A stretch of DNA of 64,000 bases from Felis catus (taxonomy: Eukaryota): positions 48,610,001 to 48,674,000 of the forward strand of contig NC_058368.1 of NCBI RefSeq assembly GCF_018350175.1, given 5' to 3'. Made by a program: the position numbers and the translations under genes. Position 1 is the stretch's first letter. The number at the start of each line of letters is the position of its first letter. Below the pieces are notes generated by a model that worked only from the letters and a program-made list of their open reading frames with translations, searched no databases and was not told where the DNA came from. Shown here in pieces: positions 36,311 to 47,903 of this stretch.

Positions 36311-37991
36311 GACCTTGAATATTCATGTTAAAATACCGACTTATTCTCAAATGCAAGTACTATATAAACGGGGCTAATGTTTTGATAAGTAGGAGGACAG
36401 GGACTTCAGTAGTTCAGCTGATTACGGCAACTGTGATTTCCTAACCTTCATTATCAAAATCACCAGTATCCAGAGCTCAACCTCATGAAAAAGGATCCAA
36501 ATTCAAAGATACAGTAACAGAATTCCCCAGATCGCTCAGTGACACACGTATATACATATCCCAAAAGTGAGGTAGGAAGTCCACAGGGCAAAACAGTAGT
36601 TTTTCAGCCTTGAGTCAGAATGCCCTGGTCCAATCATGCCTCCACACATGTTATTGTGTGAATATATGCAAGGTATATAAATTTTCTGCACTGTAATTTC
36701 ATCATATGCAAAATAAAGATTGTAACATTGTATCTTCCTCATATAAAACATGTATGTGCTAAGTTAGTGCCATGTAAGTGTTTGCTATTATTATTTTCTG
36801 TAACGTAATGGTTTATTCATAACTTACTTAAATATTTAGAATGAGATTATCTACTGGTTAATTCTTAATACCTAAGCTGTCACGTGCAATTAGCAGCATA
36901 AGGACCCAATTCTGAAAATGGATCTGACCTGGTAGCATCTCTCCCTGCCAGGCAATATTCCATGTTTTTACTGTAACAATGACACCAAAAGGTCAGGAAG
37001 TCTCAAAGATTGCTCAAAAGAAGCAAACCCAGCACAGGATCTCTGTTTTGATTCAGCTATGTTGAACAATGTTGGAGGTAGGGTTCTATGAATCCTAGTT
37101 ACCAGCCAGAGCTTGAACTGACTGAAAGACTTAATGGATTGCTGAGTCTTAACATCAATTAAATAAGACCTGATAAGTATGTCCAAAAGAGTAATAAAAT
37201 AATTCAGAAGGACCTCATAAATATGTAACATTAAATATTTGCGATGTGTCATTCAATCAAACAGATAAGATCTGTGCTTCACAGAACAGGAACTCATAAA
37301 GCATTTAAATGAATATGAGCAAAGCATTAACTGAGGCACAAATTAAACCTGAGACAGCACAATGATCTCCACTGGCAGGAAGACTTTCTAGTACATGGGT
37401 ATGTCAGGAGACACGGCAAAGTAAGAAGAAAAAGAGTAAAATACGAATCAGAGATTCAAGAAAGCAGCAAAGATTGGTCAAGATCTTTCTCAAGATTATC
37501 CAAATTAAAAAAACAACAAAAGAAGGAAAAAAGGTAAATAAGATTCCATGCATGATAAGTAACGTCTGACTAACTGAATGAAAAACCTCTCCACAAGGTT
37601 AAACTGAGATTTCCTTCATGAAATATTATTTTTTCATTAAGTCTATAAACTTGAAAGATTGGATGAAATAAGGGTCTAGTGCTGCTCAAGCTTTTCTAAT
37701 TATCCCACTAATGGCCAGAAGGAAAATAAAATTAAGACCCTCATTTTTTGACAGATTAAACCATTTCAAACATCAAAAATTAATGCACCCAAATGCTTAA
37801 AAAGAATAGAATATGTTTAGCGATGGCTAAATATGGGTGTGGGGAGGGAGGACAAGGAAATGATAATTTACAGTAGCTTGATCGAGGGCCATTCTGTGAT
37901 GACACAGGAGCAATGAAACAGAGACAACTACAAAAATCCTTCCAACTTCCCGATAAACACAGAGCAGTTACCGCTGGGAAAATGTAAATTT

Positions 37992-37994
<3 letters not shown>

Positions 37995-38038
<44 letters not shown>
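37995..38038. repeat. (TG)22 microsatellite
   Basis: Read directly from sequence. Confidence 0.95.
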
Positions 38039-38041
<3 letters not shown>

Positions 38042-38869
38042 ATACGTACACTCTTGGTTTTTGTGATGGTTTCAGTGATTCTTGATACTTTACTAAAATA
38101 TAGTAAATTCTAATTATATGAGTTTCTTGGTCCTCAACCATGACAACTAGCAAAAGCTACCCAGCTCCCTTATCTAAAGAGCACTGAGTAATTAATTAAT
38201 GCAAAGAAACACAAGCACTAGATAGTGTACAAAGACATTGTGGGTTTAGATTTTCTCTTAGGAAGAGTTCCTTGAGGAAGGTTTGTATTTCTCTATTCAA
38301 GGCAATATTTATGTCTTCAATAAAGACTAAAATTGTAAAAACTGGGCAATGGATCTAGTTATAATAAATTTGGCAAGTCCTCACAGCTGTTTAGGCTGAA
38401 AGAAGAGAGTGGGAGAACATTATATCCATTAAACACTCCTTAAGTGTTCTATGTTTATAGACAATCTTATAAGGAATTCTGCATCCATTCTTATTCAATA
38501 CACAATACTTTTCAGCAGATCATATTTCATTTCTATGCCTTTTTGGCAAAATGAAAAAAAAAAAAGATGTGGTCAATAAATGAATAACTTCTCCAGTCAA
38601 AACATTAATAAAAAACCTTCTTATACTTTGCCCTCAGATAAATGACTCATCAGAGTGCCCGGGGAAAATAAACTACCTCACAAAAAGATCAGTGAAAGAG
38701 AAAAACCTATCAGTCCACAAACTGCAAAGGAATGAAAGGAAAACCACCCAGAAATAAGGCCTCTTATTCTACAGCCCGACTACACATGCTTTTACCGTCT
38801 GCCTCTACCAAGCAGTACTATTTGGGATCTCTAATTCTGTATCCACAAAATGAATAACTAAATGCCTGC

Positions 38870-39995
38870 TTTACAATATCCCATCAACTACAAGCACACC
38901 TAACAGCCAGATCTTCATTTTTAAAACCATTCTCCAATGACAGGAACCAGGGCTCCTTGAAGAAATGGCTGATTCTAGGACTGAGACAGGAGATATACAA
39001 GATGACTATGCAGCATCTTGTAGTGCTAGAGTGTAGAGAAGTAGGAAAAGAAAGAAAAGGAAGGAATGAAGGGATGAAGGGAGGGAGGGACGGAGGGAGG
39101 AAGGAAGGAGGGAGTATAGTGGCAGTTTGTCAAAGAGATACAAACGCCAACTAAGAGTTACCAATGACCAAACCTAGAACAATTTAAACAACAAAATAAA
39201 GTAGTATTAGATTATAACCTAAAGTATAAAATAAATATACACAGGTCCATATTTACATAAATGTGTAGACAGATAGACAAGCAGATAAATAAGAAGAAAA
39301 TTTCATGAGCTATAAAGAATTCCAACTAATTTTTGTATATACTTCATCCTCAAGAAAGTAGAGCAGAATTCCCGACTCCTTAAGTGTCAGGAACGCATAG
39401 GAGCTGCTTAAGCTCAAGGAACAGTAAGGAAGAAGGAAAGGGAATAACTTTACAGTGGAAAAACCTGACAGACTCTACCTCAGGCAGGTAATCAAGGTCA
39501 TTGACAGTGATGCCATTTTGACAGTCAGTACTACTGATTTGATGTAATGACAGTGGCACTTTATCTCTGTGGTCCTCCTCTCGAAACCTGTAACCCCAGA
39601 CTAATCATGAGAAGGGCATCAAAGACCACTTGGAGACATTCTACAAAATATGTGGCCTGTACTTCCCAAACTATCTAGGTCATCAAACACACAGAGAGTC
39701 GGACAAACTGTCACAGCCAAAAGAAGCCAAAGAGACATGACCACGATATGTAGCACGGGATGCTGGATGGAATCCTGGGATAGAAAAGGGACAAAAGATA
39801 AAAACTGAAGAGATATGAGTCAAGTATAGACTTCAGATTAATAAAAACGTATCACTGTTGGTTCACGAACTGTAATAAACATACCATACTAATGTAAAAC
39901 ACTAGTAATAGCAAGAACTGGGTATGGGGAGTGTGAAAATTCTTTCTTCACAATTTTCTGTAAATCTAAACCTTAAAAAAAGTAAAGTTTATTTT
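38870..39995 (+). mobile_element. L1MC-type 3' region
   Basis: 'ccattctccaatgacaggaaccagggctcctt...gaaatggctgattctaggactg', 'gacattctacaaaata', 'ggatggaatcctgg', terminal 'ttttctgtaaatctaaa'. Confidence 0.85.
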
Positions 39996-40049
39996 TGAAA
40001 ACGCCTGCCCCACCTTCTAAACAAGGCTAAATTTTTAAATAAGTTATGG

Positions 40050-40405
40050 AAGGGGAGCTGTTGTTCAATGGATATAAAGTTACAGATACACAAGGTTAGT
40101 AAGTTCTAGAGATCTGCTGCACAACATAGTGCATATAAGTAACAATATGGTGTGGTACAATATGGTATGCTGCACATTACAGTACAGTCAGCAATACAAT
40201 TAAAAATGTGTTGAAAGGGTAGATTTCATTTTAAGTGTTCTTACAAAAAAGGGGGTAAAAAAGCAGAGGGACACAAACTCACGGAGGTGATGAATATGTT
40301 TATTACAATGATTAAGGTGATGGTATCATGGGCGGATGCATATATTCAAAGTCATCAAATTAGTATATACACTTTTTTATACCTTATCTCAATAAAGGTA
40401 TAAAA
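40050..40405 (+). mobile_element. L1MA-type 3' end
   Basis: 'aagttctagagatctgctgcacaacatagtg...gggtagatttcattttaagtgttctta...tatctcaataaag'. Confidence 0.85.
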
Positions 40406-40756
40406 GAAGTTTATGGAAGTACTTTGTTCACAGGCTACAAAAAGAAACAACCTGTTGCATTTTATTTTGAAAGGCTACTAGAGATTTGTTTCCCACCTGA
40501 AAAAAGAAACTAGGGTCCTTCAAAGCTGATCACAGGAGAAAAAGAAGTTACCCAAAAGAAATTACAAATTGGAAATGAATCACGTCAGGATGTTCACTTC
40601 TTGACTAGAGTTGAGACCGTGTGCAGAGATACACTGTAACCACTCTACCAAGGAATGTTTAGTTAGCACTAACAGAAATAATCTCTATGTAGAAAACATG
40701 ATGATGATTGTTGTACCACAGCTACTTTCATCTCCTCGCCTTACTACTGTGTTTCT

Positions 40757-40976
40757 TTTGTTTCTTTTTTCAACGTTTTTTATTTATTTTTGGGACAGAG
40801 GGAGACAGAGCATGAACGGGGGAGGAGCAGAGAGAGAGGGAGACACAGAATCGGAAACAGGCTCCAGGCTCCGAGCCATCAGCCCAGAGCCTGACACGGG
40901 GCTCGAACTCACGGACCGCGAGATCGTGACCTGGCTGAAGTCGGACGCTCAACCGACTGCGCCACCCAGGTGCCCC
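40757..40976 (-). mobile_element. Young felid Can-SINE (SINEC_Fc-type)
   Basis: Near-consensus; perfect TSD actactgtgtttct. Confidence 0.95.
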
Positions 40977-41229
40977 AACTACTGTGTTTCTATACAGGCA
41001 GAGAATACTTCTACTTCCTTGCTATGCCACTATAGCTATTAATTTTATTTTTTTATCTCTTTACTGTCATTGATTCCCCTGTAAATTATTTTAACATTCT
41101 TTGCTTTCTTTGGAAAGAACTGCTAAAAAACGGGGGGGGGGGGGGGAACCAGAAATTAACATACATATTGGTTTTGAAAATCATAGTTATAGGAAGTTCA
41201 CTTGGATCTCATGCAACCAGACATATATG

Positions 41230-41705
41230 TCTCTTCCCAGCATCTTTTCAGAATCAGCTCTCCTTAATCCCAGAGAAATTCCGCTGAGTCCACGGGTTTG
41301 GGTAAGGATGTCTCCTCCCCTCCAAGCCAGGAGTGGGCATATGACCCTGGTCTAACCCAACCGAGTATTCTCCCCCTGGTCACCTTGGTTGATTTAGGGA
41401 ATGGGTGACCAAGCCAAATGTTGTCATCAAAAAAACTGTTTGCTCTTTTTCTAAGAATATAAAAGGCCTACAGTGGACTCGATCAGCAGCCACACTGTTG
41501 TCACATTTTAATAATCCGAGAATAAAGCAAGCAGAAGCAACAAACCTGAAAAATGAATACAGAAACAGAGTACCGGTGACATCATTTCAATTGCTCCCTA
41601 ATGCAGTACTTAAAAACACCTTCACCTCTTGGATGAACCCATTCCGTGAGCCAACAAACAATAAACTGGCTTTGAATTAAGCGAGCTTGAGTTGGGGTAT
41701 CAGCT
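41230..41705 (+). mobile_element. Old MaLR LTR fragment (MLT1-type)
   Basis: 'gtgggcatatgaccctggtctaacccaacc', 'gtgagccaacaaacaataaa...taagcgagcttgagttggg' resemble MLT1 3' end. Confidence 0.6.
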
Positions 41706-42165
41706 GAGGTTGGATACAGATGCGAGTGTCAGCATACTTAAAAGGACGGTGGCTTGGGCATGACTGGAGTAGTTCTGTCTCTAGCGTTCGGAATGCAAAG
41801 TCAGGCAGTCAACAGCTGGAACACAATACTGCTCCCCTAAGTCCTATAGAAACCACCACCATTCCCAGAGTCTGACCTCACCCAGTGGTGGTTTATGACA
41901 GCTAGACCTCCAGCCATTGTATCTACATTCCACACAACAGAAATAAAGAAAGGATGAAGAGGTGAAGCAAAGGGAGTGCACTGGGTGACTTGAGAGGGAG
42001 GCTTAGAGAATGCTTACTTACATCCACTTACATCTCACTGGCTGGGACTCACCTGGCCACATACAAAGGCTTTACTTTGGGCAGCCAGGCACACAAGTAA
42101 AAAAAAACTCTTATCACAGAAGGAGGAAAGAATAGATATTGTGTGGACAATCAGTCTATGCCACA
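41706..42165 (-). mobile_element. Old MaLR LTR (MLT1J-like)
   Basis: 'ctccagccattgtatctacattcca...cttacatctcactggc...ggccacat...atgccaca' reverse MLT1 pattern ending in CA. Confidence 0.65.
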
Positions 42166-42459
42166 GCTGGGGTCCTATAATTTCCAACCAAGACAATTCA
42201 CATAAATCCTATGGCTACATAGTAGGTATTCTTTCAACGACTGTATTTTTTAAAAAGGGAGCAAGAGAAACGTTAAGGCATCAAATCACTGTAGTACCTA
42301 TGTTCTGGAAATCCCACACGACAATGACACACATTTAGAGTTCAGCAATATTAATATCTGATTTCATAGGTGAGAAAATTAACATTGTGGGAGTAGAGCT
42401 TTATCATGTGGCCCAAAGTTGTTACAAATTCAGTAAGGATTAAAATCTAGACTATATAG

Positions 42460-43370
42460 AGAAATTCTCCAAAGAAAAAGACAAGAAACTCAATAGAAAA
42501 AAGTGGTAAAACATATGGATAAATGATTGACAGAAAGGGAAATTCAAATGGCCAACGAGAATATGACTTTTGGGTAAAGAAAAAGCAGACTGATTATACA
42601 CATTGACTTTCGCTCTCTTCCCAATTCAAATAAAATGAGAAGTAATAGATTTTTCTTTAGGCATAGAATGTGAGATGAGTCAATAACAGGAAAAAAGAAT
42701 TGGAAAGGCAAAAAAAACAGATGGAAGAAAGGTAAACGATTTAACAGACCCTAGAAAGCTGAATACAGTTAGGCCAATTGTGAGGAAAACCGAGAAGCAA
42801 TATGACTTACCCAAAAAAACCTTCCAAAATCTGGGAAGCTGTCAGCTCCATATGACTCTAAAAATGGCGGTAAAATTTAGCTAAAACAAGGGAGAATGGT
42901 TGGCAATCCCTCTAAAAATTAGTTAATCTCCAGATATACTACACCTTGGTGAACACAGTTAGATGTCTACCTTTCCTAATCCTAGAAGACCAGCAGTTTA
43001 TTCTCTGTATAGAGTAAAACCTGGGGTCTCTACTGAGATATGAGGGACACCACGTGGATGAAGGAATCATGTAGAGAACACAGTGAAAGAGGGAACAGTG
43101 TGTTGAGATGTCCAGTTTTCTTCTTGTTCAGGTTGCAAACCTCATGCCTGGCCTATTCCTGTTGGCAGGAATCTGGAAGGTCTTCCTATAGAGAACCTAA
43201 TTAGCCCTAGAATCAAGCCTACAGATACTTCCTGCCACAGGGGTTCAAAAGTCGGTAGCACAGCCGGTGACTCTGCTGAGAGTGTCCACGAATCTGCTGA
43301 GTGCTCCAACCAGAGATGACAGCAATTATCAATTCATTCAGAAACCAAGAAGAGGATGTCATTTTGAAAA
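42460..43370 (+). mobile_element. Old L1M fragments
   Basis: 'caatagaaaaaagtggtaaaacatatggata...acagaaagggaaattcaaatggccaa' (ORF2 end), followed by degenerate L1M-like sequence. Confidence 0.55.
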
Positions 43371-43380
43371 GATTACTCTA

Positions 43381-43670
43381 GGGGCGCCTGGGTGGCGCAG
43401 TCGGTTGAGCGTCCGACTTCAGCCCGGTCACGATCTCGCAGTCCGTGAGTTCGAGCCCCGCGTCAGGCTCTGGGCTGATGGCTCGGAGCCTGGAGCCTGT
43501 TTCTGATTCTGTGTCTCCCTCTCTCTCTGCCCCTCCCCCGTTCATGCTCTGTCTCTCTCTGTCCCAAAAATAATAGGGATTCTCGCTCTTTCCTCTCTCT
43601 CTGATCTTCCCCCACTTGTACCTTCCCTATCAAAACAAATAAATGAACTTGAAAAAAAAAAAAAAAGAAA
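43381..43670 (+). mobile_element. Chimeric Can-SINE (young 5' body plus older 3' half)
   Basis: Young body to about 43573, then 'gggattctcgctc...' second CT tract and tail. Confidence 0.88.
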
Positions 43671-44559
43671 GAAAAGAAAACTCAGCAAACAAAATCAGAG
43701 GATAAAATCTATAGGAAAGGAAAAGTAATCATCATAGCACAAGTGTGAGAAGCACCTCTAGAGGTATACTTAGGTAAACATTTAACACTGATTTCATCAA
43801 GGCTGAGTCAACTACATTGGAGAGACAAGAAAGCTGTGTGCTTGGGGGAATGGAGATGAAAAGGGCTAAATCCACATGTTACACACTGGGAGGTCCACAG
43901 ATAAGGCTAACACTAAAGGAAATAAAAGAAAGAAAAAGCAATATAAACAAGTTATTCAGAGATACAATGCTTAAAAATCAAAAGAACCTGTACAAGTTGA
44001 GAAAATTTCCTTAGAGGATGGAAAAACAGTGTGGCGGGGGGGGGGGGGGGGCAGCAAAGAATTGCTGCTTTGTCTTCACAATCTCTGTTGGTCAATTTTG
44101 ACTTTGTAAACTATGTGCAAACAAAATCTTGATGAACATCAAAACTAAAAGATAAAATGAAGAAGATTTCTGATAGAAGCAGGAGGGTATTCCACGTGGA
44201 GTAATGAACAGTGAGGAGACCTAATACGTATCAGGGGTCACAGGGAGCCACGGGGGTCAAGACCGAGAACACACTGAGTCCAACCACATGGTGTGGTGGG
44301 GCGTGCAATTTACACAAGAAGAGTTGACACCAAAGAGGATGTGAACCCATTAGAGATTCTGAGCAGAGGACCCATGTGACAAGTTTAAGAGGATGAATCT
44401 TAGCAAGCAGGGAAGTTGGCAAGTGAGAGGCAGAGACTCCAGTCAGAATGGCATTTCAACCATTCAAGTAAGAATTAATAAGGGTCTGAATTTCAATAAA
44501 GGCAAGATATATTCTAATGAGGGAGAGAGTCTAAGGAGAAGTGAAAACTCACTAGAAGT

Positions 44560-45000
44560 AAATACACATCTAAATACCACATATTACTTTATGCTGATCA
44601 GAATGAAGACAATTAAAAAAGAGAATAATAACAAGTTTGGGCAGTCGTTTGGGGAAAGGGAAAACTTTACAGACAGCTGGTAGATATTTAAACTAGTACA
44701 GCAATTGTGGAAAAAATAAAAATATGGCAGTAATTAATGAAATGAAGTGTGTTTATGCCCTCTATGATCAGGTAACTTCACTCTTCCTAAGGACACATTC
44801 TGGGAAATGTTTCAGGCAAGACTGTAGTACTGGGACTTAAAGGCATTCAAGATTTCCACTAGGGAATGGAAAAATAAATTACGGTAGGTGGATGTTACAG
44901 AATACTACCCAGAAGTGAGAACTAATAGCAACATAGACGGAACTTACAGAATTGGGTGAACTGTAAGAAAAGGAAATGAGTTTCATAGCATAAAACCACT
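44560..45000 (+). mobile_element. Old L1ME-like fragment
   Basis: 'atcagaatgaagacaattaaaaa...aataacaag...aaactagtacagcaattgtggaaaa'. Confidence 0.65.
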
Positions 45001-46561
45001 TGTAGAAAGTAAACACACACACTTACAAACACCACAGATAACTCCGCAAGGTCTCCTCCATATCAAGGGACATATTTCAGGGACCTGGGAGAGTGTGCTT
45101 GGCTGCTGGTGAGGAGCAGGCAAGAAAAGAGAGGAACAGAGGGAGGGATGGAAGAAAAAGAAAGTGAAACAGCGAAACAGGGGAAGAGCCTTAGGGTACC
45201 AGGAAGGGAGGTGGAGCATGGACTGAGGAGTGGGATGGAGTCCACTATCATCAGAAGATCACAAGCACCATCACCACTCACACCAAACGGACCCCTAAAG
45301 AGAGAAAGAAAGAGAAAGACAGAATTGGGATCAAGTAGAAAGAAGTAGAAGTGAGGTCAAATAAAAAGAAAAGTAGAATAAGAAGATAAGAATTCCATGT
45401 CTGGCTCTCAAACCTTCTAAGGGTGTGGCCCAAAACGAATTATTTTACCTTTCAATGCCTCGGTTTCCTTATGTATTTAAAAAAAAAAAGAAAGAAAAAA
45501 AAGGAAGATACAGTAACTTCTCAGAGTAATTGTGAGGATTAAACAATATCAGAAACATGATACATACTGTGTAAGTTTTTCTAGGAAACAGTGCCGCAGA
45601 TACGCATTTTTATGGTTTGCCCACCTGCTTCCCATCAGGTAATTCTGGGGATTTACATTTTTTAATCAATTATTCTAAGGTTTTTTTTTTTAAGCTTTTC
45701 TACTGGCCCCACTCATGAGAAGACTAGTACTGAAAATAAGTTTTTTGATACATGGAAAGGAAATAACAACGGGTCCATCCATCAAAGCTGAGAATCAAGT
45801 GAACTTCCAAGGAAGCAGACTATCTACACTGCCCAACACCACACTCCACCATCTTGGCCAGATCACATCACACACGATTCAAAGCAAGAATTCTTCCCCT
45901 GAAGCAAGTTCTTATTCCAGTTTCCAAAGTGTTAAAGTGAAAGCTATTTGAACATCACAGCCATGAGAAATGATTAAGCAGAATCAAATGTACCCCCTCT
46001 AGATAAGGTCAGCCCTCCTGGTACCTGTCCGTTTCTCCCATTACTATGGCTCATATGAAAAGTTGGAGGGCAACTAGCTTTCTCTCCTTTGCATGTACTC
46101 TGCTCACTTCTGCCTCATAAACTACCCAATATACTCTACTCCCTGGCTCTAGGCCTTTCTCATCACCTCTGCCAACCCACAGTCTTGCTTTCCCTCTAAA
46201 ACCTCCAGAGTCTTCCCTGGCTGCCTTATACTCTACATCTACCATCGCCATACCAGCAATCAGTAAGAAAGCTCATGTGTATTAACTTATACCTAAACAG
46301 GAAAAAGCCCTTGCATCAATCAGGAAACTCTATTATCTAGACTTTTTTTGGTTTTTTTGGCCATATGTTCATAATGCGCATGTTCAGATACCTGCTAAAA
46401 TAAACCGCAACGCCTAAATTAAGGCATCAAAGTACATTTACTATCTTATATAAGCTATTAAATAAAATATTTATAGTGAAAAAAATGTCATTGGCCATTT
46501 GTGGTGAAAAACTATATCTAAACATACTTCATAATATATTTAATACATATTCCTTGTAATA

Positions 46562-46799
46562 TTTTACATTTCTTAAGGTTTATTTATTTTGAGAGAGAGA
46601 GAGAGTAAGCGAGCAAGCTTGTCCAGTGGAGGGACAGAGAGAAAGGGAAAGAGAATCCCAAGCAGGCTCTGCGCTGTCTGTGCTAAAGCCCAACATGAAC
46701 CCTGAGATCACGAACCGTGAGATCACGAACCGTGAGATCGTGACCTGAGTTGAAATCAAGAGCTGGACGCTCAACCGACTGAGCCACCTGTGCGCCCCC
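46562..46799 (-). mobile_element. Can-SINE with internal 15-bp triplication
   Basis: TSD atattccttgtaata. Confidence 0.92.
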
Positions 46800-47700
46800 A
46801 TATTCCTTGTAATAGACAGAATTCTCAACTATTTCATTTCATGTTCTCAATAATCCTACCAGGGTAGAGAAGGTAAGACTGCTCAAAGCCACAAGCCACG
46901 CAAGCAGTAAGAGGTTGGTGCTGTTACTCACTCAACATACTGCCTCCACTGGCTTCAGTAACAGCCAGGACAATGCTTTAGAAAAAGTGGAGGTCATACA
47001 CCTGGATGCTGGACCTTGAGCACAACAGATGTTCAATAAGTAAAAGGAATGGCTATAAAGCTTAACATTATCACATAAATCTCGTTGAACAACAACAAAA
47101 AAAAATGCTAAAAATATTGCTTAAAATCATATTAGTACATTGTTGAGAGGGAAAATGAGGTGGAAGAAAAAAAATCTTGTGGCATATCTGCATTTTGGTC
47201 AGGATAAAGGGTAAAGTGGGACCTAGAAACTCATATTCATTGAGAAACGAGATAAATTTACTTTGTGGGATTAATGAGTACAGAATATTGCTATGCACAT
47301 TTAAAGGTTTCTTTATTAGTTGTAAGAAAAGTAACGTGAGTCATATTTTTTTTTTAATAAAATTCCAATCCCAGTAAATTTTCCATGTATTCCATCCTAT
47401 AAAACACAATTAAGGTAGTAAGTATGCTGAATTTGAAACTGCTCCAGTAGACCTTCAAGGGGTATTTCAGACTACTCACAGTATCAAAATTCTTAGACCA
47501 AAGTGGGTTAAAAACAAAACATATAAAGTCGACCCTTAACTCCAAAATTTAAAAACCACTAGGCTACTCAAAGCAGCTAGGACAATTCACAAAAAGAAGT
47601 CAAAGCAACTAACTCAGTGTCATCATGTAAGCTTCCAGACACTTTGGCCAAAAGTAATGGATACATGATACAGAGTATTATTTAAAGAACACTAAAGGTA

Positions 47701-47903
47701 GGGGTCCTGGGTGGCTCAGTTGGTTAAGCATCCGACTCTTGATTTTGGCTCAGGTCATGATCTCACAGTCATGAGGCTCCGAGCTGGGTATGGAGTCTGC
47801 TTAAGATTTTCTCTCTGCCTCTCCTCTGTTTGCGAGCATGCACACGCACATGCGACTGGCTCGCTCGCTCTCTCTCTCTCAAAAAACAAAACAAAACAAC
47901 AAC
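47701..47903 (+). mobile_element. Can-SINE
   Basis: TSD aacactaaagg. Confidence 0.9.
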
